Program-made: the position numbers and the translations under genes
Shown here: positions 35,601 through 44,858 of the stretch, piece by piece
Layout of the letters: every line of letters starts with the position of its first letter
Numbering within the stretch: position 1 is the stretch's first letter
Assembly (NCBI GenBank): GCA_964629225.1
Contig: CAZVQC010000007.1
Coordinates: 1,675-65,674 of the forward strand
Origin: an uncultured Ruminococcus sp.
Lineage (GTDB): Bacteria > Bacillota > Clostridia > Oscillospirales > CAG-272
Direction of reading: 5' to 3'
Length of the DNA stretch: 64,000 nucleotides
The notes under the pieces: generated by a model
Database searches by the model: none
Told to the model about the DNA's origin: nothing
The model's input: the letters and a program-made list of their open reading frames with translations, nothing else

Positions 35601-35662
35601 AGGAGAAGCAAAGAGGAAAAAAGAAGGGAAAATGAGGAAATAAAAGGGAACAAAAGGAAAAG
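35601..35662. repeat. Polypurine/polypyrimidine tract (58 of 62 nt purine on the + strand)
   Basis: AGGAGAAGCAAAGAGGAAAAAAGAAGGGAAAATGAGGAAATAAAAGGGAACAAAAGGAAAAG. The only pyrimidines are at 35609, 35633, 35641 and 35651. Confidence 0.85.
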
Positions 35663-35682
35663 CACTTGCCTTGGCAAGTGCT
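35651..35682 (-). terminator. Intrinsic terminator after the esterase gene
   Basis: On the minus strand: AGCACTTGC-CAAG-GCAAGTGCT followed by TTTTCCTTTT. Confidence 0.7.
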
Positions 35683-35691
35683 TTCGTTTCG

Positions 35692-36465
35692 TTACTTTCT
35701 GTCCGACAGCCTCTGGGAGAACATCCACTCTCCGATGCCCTCGGTGGATACCGCATTGTCCCAAACAAAGTGTCCGAGCCCGGGATACTCGGTGTATTCA
35801 AGCTTGGTGCCGCCTGCGGCTTTGACAGCCTCCACCATACGGCGGGTACCGTCGACGGGAACGGCTTCGTCAATATCTCCGTGGAAGGTGCGGATGGGGA
35901 TGTCTTTCACAAGCTCTGCCTTTGTGGGATCTGATCCCCCGCATATGGGCATTGCCGCCGCAAAGAGTTCTCCGTGTCTCATGATGAGGTCCCATGTGGC
36001 GTAGCCGCCCATGGAGATGCCCATGACGTAGATGCGGTCACGGTCGGCGCCGTATTTTGCCGCAACGCTGTCAAGTATCTTAAGAACGTTGGATATCTCC
36101 CAAGTTTCCGGTACTTCGTCAACGCTGTAGCAGACTTTTGTCCAAGGGGTAGCCACCCACTGCTCGTCAACGGGGCACTGAGGGATGATCCATATCGCCT
36201 CTCTCACGTTGGGGGCGCTTTCAAGGTAGGGTACGATGGCGGTGCGAAGCTGAGTATCGTTATCGCATCCACGTTCGCCCGCTCCGTGCATAAAGAGCAC
36301 TATCGGAAGGTTTCTTTTCTCCGCATCCTTGGGAAGCGCGAGGCAGTAGGGAGTAGTGCCTTTTTCACCTGCGTATTCTTCTTTTACCAGTTTTTCAAAA
36401 TACTTTTCAACATCCGGTTCGTACATGGTGTTTCCTCCGTCAATTATCCCGTTGGGATCTTTCAA
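35692..36465 (-). CDS. Alpha/beta-hydrolase esterase/peptidase (phospholipase-carboxylesterase / S9-like)
   Basis: 257 aa with the nucleophile elbow GISMGG, a downstream D and H (FHGDIDEAVP, GLGHFVW). Confidence 0.7.
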   Translation of the reverse strand: MKDPNGIIDGGNTMYEPDVEKYFEKLVKEEYAGEKGTTPYCLALPKDAEKRNLPIVLFMHGAGERGCDNDTQLRTAIVPYLESAPNVREAIWIIPQCPVDEQWVATPWTKVCYSVDEVPETWEISNVLKILDSVAAKYGADRDRIYVMGISMGGYATWDLIMRHGELFAAAMPICGGSDPTKAELVKDIPIRTFHGDIDEAVPVDGTRRMVEAVKAAGGTKLEYTEYPGLGHFVWDNAVSTEGIGEWMFSQRLSDRK

Positions 36466-36609
36466 GGTATTTTACCACAAGCCGACGCTGTTTTCAAGGT
36501 TTTTAGGGTATTTTTGAAAAAACGGCATTTTTCGAACATTTGATCTTTTGATCCATTGACCTTTTCCCGATAATGTGATAAAATGTTTTCGAAAACGGCA
36601 TCGAAGGTG

Positions 36610-36798
36610 ATGAAAATGAAGAAGGTAACGAACTGTGAGGAGTGTGTCCACTACGATTACAACGGGGATACGGACTCCTACGAATGTAACGAGGATCTGG
36701 ATGAGGATGAGCTTGTCAGGTTCGTCAAGGGTGACAGCGGAAGCTGTCCCTATTTCAGATACTACGATGAGTACAAATTCGTCAGAAAACAAAACTGA
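36610..36798 (+). CDS. Small acidic four-Cys protein (zinc-ribbon-like; DUF-type)
   Basis: MKMKKVTNCEECVHY...YECNED...GSCPYFRYYDEY. The ORF-track ATG at 36583 sits directly on the -10 element (TGTGATAAAATG), so the start was moved to 36610 or 36616. Confidence 0.5.
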   Translation: MKMKKVTNCEECVHYDYNGDTDSYECNEDLDEDELVRFVKGDSGSCPYFRYYDEYKFVRKQN

Positions 36799-36818
36799 CT
36801 TGATATCGGGGGAAAAGA

Positions 36819-38345
36819 ATGCTTACAACGTCTTACGGAGCGGGGCTGATCGGGATCGACGGCTTCGTCGTGACAGTGGAATGCAACTGTACGAGAGCAG
36901 TGCCTGCGTTTGATATCGTAGGGCTTCCGGATGCTGCCGTCAAGGAGGCCGAGTACAGAGTCCAGACCGGCATTGCCAATTCCGGGATAAAGTCCCACGA
37001 CCTTCAGATCAAGGTCAATCTTGCTCCCGCCAACATGAAAAAAGAGGGCTCATCCCTCGACCTTGCCATTGCGGTGGCGATACTTCAAGGCAAGAAGGTC
37101 ATTCCGGAGATGGATCTTTCTAGCATGATGTTTCTCGGAGAACTTTCCTTTTCCGGCAGAGTGAGACCCGTCAAGGGAGTTCTCAATATGACCATAGCCG
37201 CCAGAGATCACGGCTTTAAGAGCGTCTTCGTTCCCCAGGACTGTGCGGCAGAGGCGGCGGTAGTCGGCGGTGTTGCGGTCTACCCGGTGGGAACTCTGTC
37301 CGAGGTCATCTCCCATCTCAATCACAAGCACGAGATAGAGCCTGCCACCCCTCACGTTTTTGAAGGAGACTCCTTCATCGATGCCGGACTTGATTTTGCC
37401 GATGTGAAGGGTCAGGACGGAGTAAAAAGAGCTCTTGAGATAGCGGCTGCGGGAGGACACAACGTACTTATGATCGGCCCTCCCGGATCGGGAAAATCCA
37501 TGCTGGCAAAGCGGATACCCTCCATTCTTCCCGCAATGACCTTTGACGAGGCGCTAGAGACCACTAAGATCCATTCCGCATCCGGAATGCTTCCGGAGGG
37601 AGCGTCCCTTGTGAAGGGGAGACCCTTCCGCTCTCCCCACCATACCATGAGCGCTCCTGCCCTCGTGGGCGGCGGACGGGTGCCGACTGCGGGTGAGATA
37701 TCACTTGCCCACAACGGAGTGCTGTTCCTTGACGAGCTTCCGGAATTTAACAAGAACGTGACCGAGAGCCTCCGCCAGCCTCTCGAAGACGGCAAGGTCA
37801 CCATAACGAGAACCGCCGGAAGGCTGACCTTCCCCAGCTCCTTTATGCTGGTCTGTGCCATGAACCCCTGCAAATGCGGTTACTACGGATCGAAGGTGAA
37901 GGAGTGCGCCTGTCGGGAGGAGGATATCCACCGTTACCTTGCAAAGATCAGCGGACCCCTCCTTGACAGGATAGATATCCAGGTGGAGGTGCCGGCGCTG
38001 GCATTTGACGAGCTTTCCGAGAAAAAGAGAGCAGAGCCCTCTTCTGAGATCCGAAAGAGAGTGGAGAAGGCAAGGCAGATGGCAAGGGAGAGGCTTCGTG
38101 ATGACGGAGTCAACTGCAACGCCGCAATGAAGACCGGCGAGATACGGAAGTATTGCGAGCTTGATGCCAAGGCCGCCTCTGTTCTCAAAAAGGCTTTTGA
38201 CTCCATGGGGATGTCCGCAAGGGGCTACGACCGTGTCCTCAGAGTGGCAAGGACGATAGCCGACCTTGAGGGACGGGAGAATATCGATGCCTCCCACGTG
38301 GCGGAGGCTGTGAGGCTGAGGACTCTTGATAAAAAATATTTTTGA
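36819..38345 (+). CDS. comM: YifB/ComM family Mg-chelatase-like AAA+ ATPase
   Basis: 508 aa. N-terminal Lon-protease-like domain, Walker A MIGPPGSGKSM, GVLFLDELPEF and a C-terminal ChlI-like domain. Confidence 0.9.
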   Translation: MLTTSYGAGLIGIDGFVVTVECNCTRAVPAFDIVGLPDAAVKEAEYRVQTGIANSGIKSHDLQIKVNLAPANMKKEGSSLDLAIAVAILQGKKVIPEMDLSSMMFLGELSFSGRVRPVKGVLNMTIAARDHGFKSVFVPQDCAAEAAVVGGVAVYPVGTLSEVISHLNHKHEIEPATPHVFEGDSFIDAGLDFADVKGQDGVKRALEIAAAGGHNVLMIGPPGSGKSMLAKRIPSILPAMTFDEALETTKIHSASGMLPEGASLVKGRPFRSPHHTMSAPALVGGGRVPTAGEISLAHNGVLFLDELPEFNKNVTESLRQPLEDGKVTITRTAGRLTFPSSFMLVCAMNPCKCGYYGSKVKECACREEDIHRYLAKISGPLLDRIDIQVEVPALAFDELSEKKRAEPSSEIRKRVEKARQMARERLRDDGVNCNAAMKTGEIRKYCELDAKAASVLKKAFDSMGMSARGYDRVLRVARTIADLEGRENIDASHVAEAVRLRTLDKKYF

Positions 38346-38627
38346 TCTTTGAAGATGCTGAAAAAAGTCTGCCTTCCTTGCGGGATACCGAGGGGGCGGT
38401 GACGGGAAAACAGGCGGCGAATCGGGGAATATGGAAAGCCGTTAAGGCGAAACCGAGGTTCCAACCCCTTTTGACAACCTGCGGATGACATCCTAAAAAC
38501 CTCCATCCGAAGAAACAAAATAATATTTTTTCTTCCATGCCCTTGTGTTTTTGCGGGAGGAGACCACAATATATCGTGTTTTCGGGAAAGAGTTTTGTCT
38601 TTCACAAAAAAACTTTCGCAAAAAGTG

Positions 38628-38657
38628 TTGACAAAGAGGCCCTTTAACAGTTATAAT
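38628..38657 (+). promoter_or_regulatory. Predicted strong sigma-A promoter of rpmH-rnpA
   Basis: TTGACA (38628-38633), 18-nt spacer, TATAAT (38652-38657). Confidence 0.6.
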
Positions 38658-38737
38658 AACTATTGCCTATGCGAAAAGGACAATGTGTCCGCTAAACTAA
38701 AAAATAATAACATGAATACAATCAAGGAGGTGCGATA

Positions 38738-38872
38738 ATGCTTAGAACATATCAGCCCAAAAAACGTCAGAGAAGCAAAGAACACGGCTTCAGAAAAAGA
38801 ATGAGCACAGCAGACGGCAGAAAGGTCCTTAAAAGACGCCGTGCAAAGGGTAGAGTCAGACTTACTCACTGA
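38738..38872 (+). CDS. rpmH: 50S ribosomal protein L34
   Basis: Not in the ORF track (44 aa). My translation is [51 protein letters not shown] lies 7 nt upstream. Confidence 0.95.
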   Translation: MLRTYQPKKRQRSKEHGFRKRMSTADGRKVLKRRRAKGRVRLTH

Positions 38873-38911
38873 GTAGGGGTCCTTCTTATTGCAGTCTCTA
38901 CTGATGACTAA

Positions 38912-38942
38912 CCTCCGCTTCCGTAGGATGTCGGGGGTTTTA
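38912..38942 (+). terminator. Hairpin plus U-run between rpmH and rnpA (attenuator-like)
   Basis: CCTCCG (38912-38917) pairs with CGGGGG (38932-38937), including one G-U pair, and is followed by TTTTAT. Confidence 0.35.
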
Positions 38943-38997
38943 TGCTAAATCGGGACAGATCCCGTCCCGGTGAAACTGTTGTAAGGCAAGGTCTTGA

Positions 38998-39489
38998 ATG
39001 GAAAACATTTCACTGAAAGAGAATCACCTTTTTTCGAAGGCGTACCGAGGCGGAAGGCGGCAGGTGACCCACACCGTGGCAGTCTACGTCATGAGGGACC
39101 GTGCAGAAAAAAGGCTCAAGAATGCCAATCCGGAAAAAAAGAGCATCAACCGTGTGGGTATCTCAGCCTCGAAAAAGATCGGAGGCGCAGTTGCGAGAAA
39201 CCGTGCAAAGCGTGTCATAAGAGAAGCGTATAGGCAGCTTGACAGGGCTTACGGTGTCAGAAAGGGCAGGATAATAGTTCTTGCCGCGCGTGAGAGGGCA
39301 ACTGTTTCGAAAATGCAGGACGTTTTACGTGACTTGCAGTACGCACTCACAAAGCTGGATATGCTTTTGACAGTTCCGGAAGAACGTTCTTTTTCCGAGA
39401 CTTTGAATAAGACGGATAACGGTCTGAAGGAGCCCCCAAATGAGGGTCCGGAAGGATCCGTCGAAAGCGGGAGCGTGGCAGATGCTTAG
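38998..39489 (+). CDS. rnpA: Ribonuclease P protein component (with about 45-aa C-terminal extension)
   Basis: Motifs [14 protein letters not shown] and [21 protein letters not shown] (RNR motif). Confidence 0.9.
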   Translation: MENISLKENHLFSKAYRGGRRQVTHTVAVYVMRDRAEKRLKNANPEKKSINRVGISASKKIGGAVARNRAKRVIREAYRQLDRAYGVRKGRIIVLAARERATVSKMQDVLRDLQYALTKLDMLLTVPEERSFSETLNKTDNGLKEPPNEGPEGSVESGSVADA

Positions 39490-39790
39490 CCGCCCACTCA
39501 TCTTTCTTATCCGCCTCTATCAGAGGTTCATCTCTCCCCTGAAACCGCCTTCATGCCGTTTTATTCCCACCTGCTCCGCCTACGCCATAGATGCGCTTCG
39601 GGAATGGGGACTTGTCGTGGGCACGGCTCTCACTTTGTGGCGGATATTGCGCTGCAATCCCTTCGGCAAAGGGGGGTACGATCCGGTGCCGAAAAGGCGT
39701 GGGAGAAAAAAGCAAAAGAGAGACTCGGAAAAGATAACGGAAGACGAAAAGTCCGTCTTCGAAGAAACCAACCTTAAAAAGGAAGAATAA
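39482..39790 (+). CDS. yidD: Membrane protein insertion efficiency factor YidD
   Basis: [27 protein letters not shown]. Start trimmed to ATG 39482, which overlaps the rnpA stop. Basic C-terminal tail. Confidence 0.9.
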   Translation: MLSRPLIFLIRLYQRFISPLKPPSCRFIPTCSAYAIDALREWGLVVGTALTLWRILRCNPFGKGGYDPVPKRRGRKKQKRDSEKITEDEKSVFEETNLKKEE

Positions 39791-40944
39791 TGGAAAGTAT
39801 TGTTGATATAATCAGAATACCCATCGCATGGATACTCAAGCTCTGCCATGCGATCTGCCCCAACTACATGGTGGCGCTTTTGCTTTTCGCATTGGTGATG
39901 CAGATACTTCTGCTCCCCTTCGCCATTAAACAGCAGAAGAATTCCGTTAAGCAGGCAAAGCTTGCTCCGAAACTTGCGGCTATAACAAAAAAATACGCCG
40001 GAAGAACAGACCGTGCGACCCAGCAGAAGATGCAGCAGGAGCAGATGGAGCTGTATCAGCGGGAGAATTACAATATGATGGGCGGATGTCTTCCGCTTCT
40101 CATCCAGATGCCGATACTCTTCGCTCTGTTCAGGGTGATCACACAGCCACTCCGCTACCTTTGCGGATTGAGCACAGCTTCCGTCACTACTATCCTTACA
40201 AAGCTTTCCGAGCTGGGTGTTGACACTACAGCCGGATATCCTCAGATCACGGCGATCAACAAGCTCCGTGACATGGGAGCGGCAGAGGCGGCATCTATTA
40301 CCGAGGGCATCGAGAATTTCAATTTCGACTCTCTCCCGGTATTCAAGATGTTCGGCGGCAAGATCGATCTTTCCATCGCTCCCAAGGACGGCGGATGGTG
40401 GATGCTCCTCATCCCGATAGTCACCATAGTCGCCCTTATCATCAGCCAGATGATAACGAAAAAGTTCACATACCAGCCGCCCAATGCGGGAGATGCCAAC
40501 AACAACCTTGTGATGAAGGTGTTCATGTACGCGGGAATGCCCCTGCTCTCCGGTTGGATAGCGTATCAGTATGCGGCGGCTCTCGGCATCTACTGGATAT
40601 TCAGGAACCTTTTGTCTCTTGTGCAGCAGATCGTACTGTCGAAGGCGATACCGATCCCTCACTTCACAGAAGAGGACTACAAGGCGGCTGAAAAGGAGAT
40701 GTACGGCTCCTCCAGAGCGAAAAAGAACGCACGTGCCCTTGATCCGAACAGAGAAAGGCCCAGAAGCCTTCATCACATCGACGACGATGACGATGACACT
40801 TACGATGACGGCGGCAGAGTGACCAGATACGATGACGAGGACGACGATGCCTCCGCATCTGTTCCAAAGTCCGTGCCCAGCTCTGCTGTGGAGGCACCCA
40901 TCAAGGACGACAAAAACAAAACTTACAAGAAGAAAAAGAAATAA
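39790..40944 (+). CDS. yidC: YidC/Oxa1 family membrane protein insertase
   Basis: 384 aa. Conserved core (MELYQRENYNMMGGCLPLLIQMPILFALF) and an unusually long Asp-rich, Lys-terminated tail. Confidence 0.9.
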   Translation: MESIVDIIRIPIAWILKLCHAICPNYMVALLLFALVMQILLLPFAIKQQKNSVKQAKLAPKLAAITKKYAGRTDRATQQKMQQEQMELYQRENYNMMGGCLPLLIQMPILFALFRVITQPLRYLCGLSTASVTTILTKLSELGVDTTAGYPQITAINKLRDMGAAEAASITEGIENFNFDSLPVFKMFGGKIDLSIAPKDGGWWMLLIPIVTIVALIISQMITKKFTYQPPNAGDANNNLVMKVFMYAGMPLLSGWIAYQYAAALGIYWIFRNLLSLVQQIVLSKAIPIPHFTEEDYKAAEKEMYGSSRAKKNARALDPNRERPRSLHHIDDDDDDTYDDGGRVTRYDDEDDDASASVPKSVPSSAVEAPIKDDKNKTYKKKKK

Positions 40945-40966
40945 GAAAGCAAGGTTTCAAACAGCA

Positions 40967-41992
40967 ATGAATGACGAAATTATCGTAACGGGGAAGACCG
41001 TCGAAGAGGCCATGGCTCTTGCTGCGGCGCAGTATGGCGGTGAAAACGTTTCCTATGATATCGTTGAAATGCCGAAAAAAGGATTCCTCGGCATCGGCGC
41101 ATCCCCCGCAAAGATCAGAGTGACCGTTAATAAGGAAGAGGAGATCGATCTGTCGGATCTTGTCACCTCCGTAAAATCAATGAAGGTCGCTACCAATAAG
41201 GGCGGCTCCGGCGAGACTTTCGAGAAAAAGAAGGAAGCAAAGCCCGAAAGAAAATCCCGTCCCGAAAAGACGGAAAAGGTCGAAAATACCGAAAGACCCG
41301 AAAGAAAAGAGAAGCCCGCAAAGCAGGCTCCCGCAAAGGCCGATAGACCGGCCACCGAGCAGCCCGTAAAAGAGCCGAGAGTCATCGTCGTCACAGACGA
41401 GGAAAAGGCTTTCGCACTTGATTTCGCAAACAACCTTCTCAAGAACATGGGCGTTGATGCCACCGCCGCATTTGACGGTATCGAAACTGCCGGCGAAGGT
41501 GGAACCACCTATCCGAGACTCGTTATCTCCGGAGACGGTGCGGGCATCCTCATCGGTCATCACGGTGAGACCCTTGACGCTATCCAGTATCTTGTCAACC
41601 TCAGCGCACTTCGTCGCGGAGGAAACACGCAGAAGGAATTTGTCAAGATCGTAGTTGACATTGAAAACTACAGAAAGAAGAGAGAGGAAACTCTCAGAGC
41701 GCTTGCGCGCAGAATGGCGATCAAGGCGCAGAAATACAAGAGGAACGTGGTGCTAGAGCCCATGAACCCCTATGAGAGAAGGATCATTCACTCCGAGATC
41801 CAGGGCTTTGAGAATGTCTCCACCCACTCCGTAGGCTCCGATGAGAACCGTAAGATCGTAGTGACTTACGAAGGTGCGGACAAGATCGAAAGAAGACCCC
41901 GCTCAAGATACAACCAGAGGCCTCGCCGTGAAAACGTTGCGACAGGGAACGTCACCGTAGAAGATACGGCAAGTTTTGAGAGCGAAGAATAA
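40967..41992 (+). CDS. jag: Jag/KhpB RNA-binding protein (Jag_N, KH, R3H)
   Basis: Start trimmed to ATG 40967 (MNDEIIVTGKTVEEA). KH GxxG (GHHGETLDAIQYL) and R3H (MNPYERRIIHSEI) motifs. Lys/Glu/Pro-rich insert. Confidence 0.85.
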   Translation: MNDEIIVTGKTVEEAMALAAAQYGGENVSYDIVEMPKKGFLGIGASPAKIRVTVNKEEEIDLSDLVTSVKSMKVATNKGGSGETFEKKKEAKPERKSRPEKTEKVENTERPERKEKPAKQAPAKADRPATEQPVKEPRVIVVTDEEKAFALDFANNLLKNMGVDATAAFDGIETAGEGGTTYPRLVISGDGAGILIGHHGETLDAIQYLVNLSALRRGGNTQKEFVKIVVDIENYRKKREETLRALARRMAIKAQKYKRNVVLEPMNPYERRIIHSEIQGFENVSTHSVGSDENRKIVVTYEGADKIERRPRSRYNQRPRRENVATGNVTVEDTASFESEE

Positions 41993-42038
41993 TTGATCAA
42001 AGGGGAGCAGAGTCTCCCCTTTTTGACCGGAGAGTACT

Positions 42039-42761
42039 ATGTTTGATGATTTTTACCGTCTCCTTTCGGAGGATGCCCTTTTGACGGAATGCGGAGTTCT
42101 TTGTGAGGACGTGGCAAGGAAACTGCTCGTCCACGCAGAGGAACTGGCGGACAAGGGAAAAAAATACAATCTGACGGCTATCACCGACCCAAAGGAAGTG
42201 GCAGTCAAGCACATGGCGGACTGCCTCCATGCAGCCGCCGCAGTAAAACGTCTCACAAGGGGCAACAGAGCCTCTCTGATCGACGTTGGCAGCGGGGGCG
42301 GGTTTCCATCCCTCCCCATTGCCGCAGCCTGCGAAAACATCTCCGTTTGGGCTCTGGATGCCACCGAGAAAAAGTGCGGCTTCATAAAGGACACCGCAAA
42401 AGCGGCGCAGATACCGATAACAGCAGTCTGTGCCAGAGGGGAGGAGTACGCCGCCGAAAAGCGGGAGTGCTTTGATATCGCCACGGCACGGGCGGTGGCG
42501 GCACTTCCGATACTGTCGGAGCTTTGCCTTCCATTTGTGAGACCCGGCGGATATTTTATCGCCATGAAGGGCCCTGCCGCCGATGAGGAACTTGAGAATG
42601 CGGAGAACGCCTTGAGGATCCTCGGCGCAAAGCTTGAAGAAAAGGCGGAGTACCGCCTGAGTGACGGCAGCATACGTTGTCTTCTCATCTTTAAAAAGAC
42701 GGCAAAGACTCCTTCCGGATACCCGCGAATGTACTCGAAGATCAAAAAGAAGCCCCTTTGA
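42039..42761 (+). CDS. rsmG: 16S rRNA (guanine527-N7)-methyltransferase RsmG
   Basis: 240 aa; SAM motif LIDVGSGGGFPSLPIA. Conserved position after jag. Confidence 0.9.
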   Translation: MFDDFYRLLSEDALLTECGVLCEDVARKLLVHAEELADKGKKYNLTAITDPKEVAVKHMADCLHAAAAVKRLTRGNRASLIDVGSGGGFPSLPIAAACENISVWALDATEKKCGFIKDTAKAAQIPITAVCARGEEYAAEKRECFDIATARAVAALPILSELCLPFVRPGGYFIAMKGPAADEELENAENALRILGAKLEEKAEYRLSDGSIRCLLIFKKTAKTPSGYPRMYSKIKKKPL

Positions 42762-42790
42762 CGGGTGCTTTCAATGATCGGCTGAAAAAA

Positions 42791-42825
42791 CGAGGCTTGA
42801 AACTCGGGTTCAAGCCTCGTTTTTT
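42791..42825 (+). terminator. Intrinsic terminator after rsmG
   Basis: CGAGGCTTGAA-ACTCGGG-TTCAAGCCTCG followed by TTTTTT. Confidence 0.85.
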
Positions 42826-42941
42826 GTCCGCCGAACTGATTCGACGGTTCGGTCGCACTTCGGTATTTTCAATGATGTAATGGCCGAAATAACCCTCGTA
42901 TTGAAATTTCGTCGCTCTTTACCCGACACGCCGTCAGGTGC

Positions 42942-42970
42942 TTGACAATCGGTGCGGGCTTTGGTAAAAT
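42942..42970 (+). promoter_or_regulatory. Predicted sigma-A promoter upstream of the HAD hydrolase gene
   Basis: TTGACA (42942-42947), 17-nt spacer, TAAAAT (42965-42970), with TGG as extended -10. Confidence 0.5.
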
Positions 42971-43113
42971 AGTAATGTAGAAATTTTTGCGCCGTTATTC
43001 CTTTTGACAGCGGGAGAGCTTTTTAGAATGCTTTTTTGATCTTTTGTTTTTCTTGCCCGTTGGATCGGAAAGGATACGGTCGGTTTTGTGACCGAATGAA
43101 GGAGGGATATGTT

Positions 43114-43890
43114 TTGGGTAGTGAGATGCTGTTTGCCACGGATTTTGACGGGACTCTCAATTCATATTCCGCTGGTATCAGCGAAAAGACCGTTAGGATG
43201 ATAGAGGCGTTTCGTGATGGGGGTAATTATTTCGGCGTTATCACCGGGCGCAACGTCAACAATATTGCGGGAATAACGGAAGCCATCGGAGATCATCTGG
43301 ATTTTCTCATGTGCATGACCGGGGCATATGCCGCCGACGGCGCGGGAAACATCATTTTCGAGGAAAGGGGAGATGGCGGGATACTTGCGGATCTTCTTAT
43401 GACCATATCCGATCAAAAATGCCGCTATCTCAGTTATGCCGACGGGAAGGACGCCTATCGCATCGACGTGTCAAGACCCCTTCTGCCGGATTCTCCTGAT
43501 GTAAAAGAGGCTATGCGCCACAGATCATTTTCCCAGGTCAACACCGCCTACAATACGATGGAGGAGCTGGAGGCTGCCATGGGAGAGCTTCTTGACAAGT
43601 TCGGTGAGAAGATATCTCCTCAGATCAACGGTACCTGCCTTGACATACCACCCTTCGGAGTCACCAAGGGTACCGCCGTGCTTCGCATGGCAAAGCACTT
43701 TGGAGTGTCAGAGGGCATGATATTCACGGCGGGGGACAACGACAACGACATCGCAATGTTAAAGATGCATTTCGGTTTTTCAGTGCCGAACGGTACGGCG
43801 GGGGCAAAGGCCGCCGCAAAGATGATATTTCCGGAAGTGGGAGATATGCTTGAATACGTTCTCAAACTATCACAGGAGGGCTCGTTATGA
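43114..43890 (+). CDS. Cof-type HAD-IIB phosphatase
   Basis: Motifs FATDFDGTLN (DxDGT) and GDNDNDIAM. The start is most likely TTG 43114, 8 nt after AGGAGG. ATG 43126 is an alternative. The ORF-track start 43036 is unlikely. Confidence 0.75.
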   Translation: MGSEMLFATDFDGTLNSYSAGISEKTVRMIEAFRDGGNYFGVITGRNVNNIAGITEAIGDHLDFLMCMTGAYAADGAGNIIFEERGDGGILADLLMTISDQKCRYLSYADGKDAYRIDVSRPLLPDSPDVKEAMRHRSFSQVNTAYNTMEELEAAMGELLDKFGEKISPQINGTCLDIPPFGVTKGTAVLRMAKHFGVSEGMIFTAGDNDNDIAMLKMHFGFSVPNGTAGAKAAAKMIFPEVGDMLEYVLKLSQEGSL

Positions 43891-44858
43891 ATGCGACTCT
43901 TGAAAAGGGATCCAAGGTCAAAAGATCCGAAAGAAGGATAATCCACATAGTCAATCCCATGTCCGGCAGCGGAAGAAAATTCAGGAGGACAAGGGATACC
44001 GTTACTTCCCTCGGTGAGGAGCTCTATCTCACCAAGCGCGAGGGTGACTGCGAGGATTTCGTATCCGAGATGCTGGTAAAAGATCCTTATTGCCATATAG
44101 TGGCCCACGGAGGCGACGGTACTATGAGCGAGGCGGCGGGAGGTATCGTGAAAGCGGGTGCGGGGGAGACTGCACTGTTTTCCGGAGTGCCTGCGGGAAG
44201 CGGAAACGACCTGCTTCGCTATCTTTTCAAAGAGAAGAACGTTTTCGGGCGGATCTACCCCACCGACCTTATCAGCGTGGGCGGCAGATATGCTATCAAC
44301 GAGATCAACATGGGCTTTGACTGCACCGCAGCATCCGAGGCGGAGAGGATCCGTAAGGTGCCGGGGATAGGCGGCAGTTTTTCCTACATAGCCGGAGTTG
44401 CCACCGCATTCGTGAAAAAAGAGGGCTTTCTTTCCAAGGTAACTCTTGAGGGAGTACCGGATCAAAACGGAGAGCATCATGACGAAACCATTGAGGATGA
44501 GCTCCTTTTGGTCGCTCTTGCCAACGGTCAGTATTACGGAGGCGGGTTCAGAGCGGCTCCCACGGCGGATACGGGAGACGGGTATCTGGATGCCATCATC
44601 GTAAAAAACGTGCCGAGAAACGTCTTTGTGTCCCTTGTGGCGGACTATAAAAACGGGTCCCACATCGACAGAGAGACCGGAAAGGTGGCGGCTAAATTCA
44701 GAAATTTCGTCAGATACAGACGGTGTAAGAACTTCTCCCTCACCGGGATAAGAGAATTTTCAAGAGACGGGGAGATAACTCCCGCAAAGGAGCTTAGAGC
44801 CGAAATACTGCCGAAGGCGATACTCTATACTCCTCCGAAAAGCGCTTGGCTGAAATAA
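43887..44858 (+). CDS. Diacylglycerol/lipid kinase family protein (YegS/DagK/BmrU-like)
   Basis: 323 aa with VAHGGDGTMSEAAGG and GSGNDL. ATGA overlap with the HAD gene. Confidence 0.8.
   Translation: MNATLEKGSKVKRSERRIIHIVNPMSGSGRKFRRTRDTVTSLGEELYLTKREGDCEDFVSEMLVKDPYCHIVAHGGDGTMSEAAGGIVKAGAGETALFSGVPAGSGNDLLRYLFKEKNVFGRIYPTDLISVGGRYAINEINMGFDCTAASEAERIRKVPGIGGSFSYIAGVATAFVKKEGFLSKVTLEGVPDQNGEHHDETIEDELLLVALANGQYYGGGFRAAPTADTGDGYLDAIIVKNVPRNVFVSLVADYKNGSHIDRETGKVAAKFRNFVRYRRCKNFSLTGIREFSRDGEITPAKELRAEILPKAILYTPPKSAWLK

Noticed and set aside
35520-35873. ORFs of 70-117 aa across the polypurine tract and esterase terminator (35520-35873, 35552-35764, 35562-35825).
   Set aside because: They are translations of a low-complexity purine/pyrimidine tract and of terminator and promoter DNA. 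They overlap the 3' end of the esterase gene and have no RBS.
38346-38737. Possible oriC / DnaA-box cluster next to rpmH.
   Set aside because: Only isolated 9-mers with 2-3 mismatches to TTATCCACA were seen. There is no dnaA gene, no AT-rich unwinding element pattern and no clustering. It is kept only as a low-interest synteny note.
43004-43029. Second consensus-looking promoter TTGACA...TAGAAT upstream of the HAD gene.
   Set aside because: The spacer is only 14 nt by my count, outside the functional 16-18 range.
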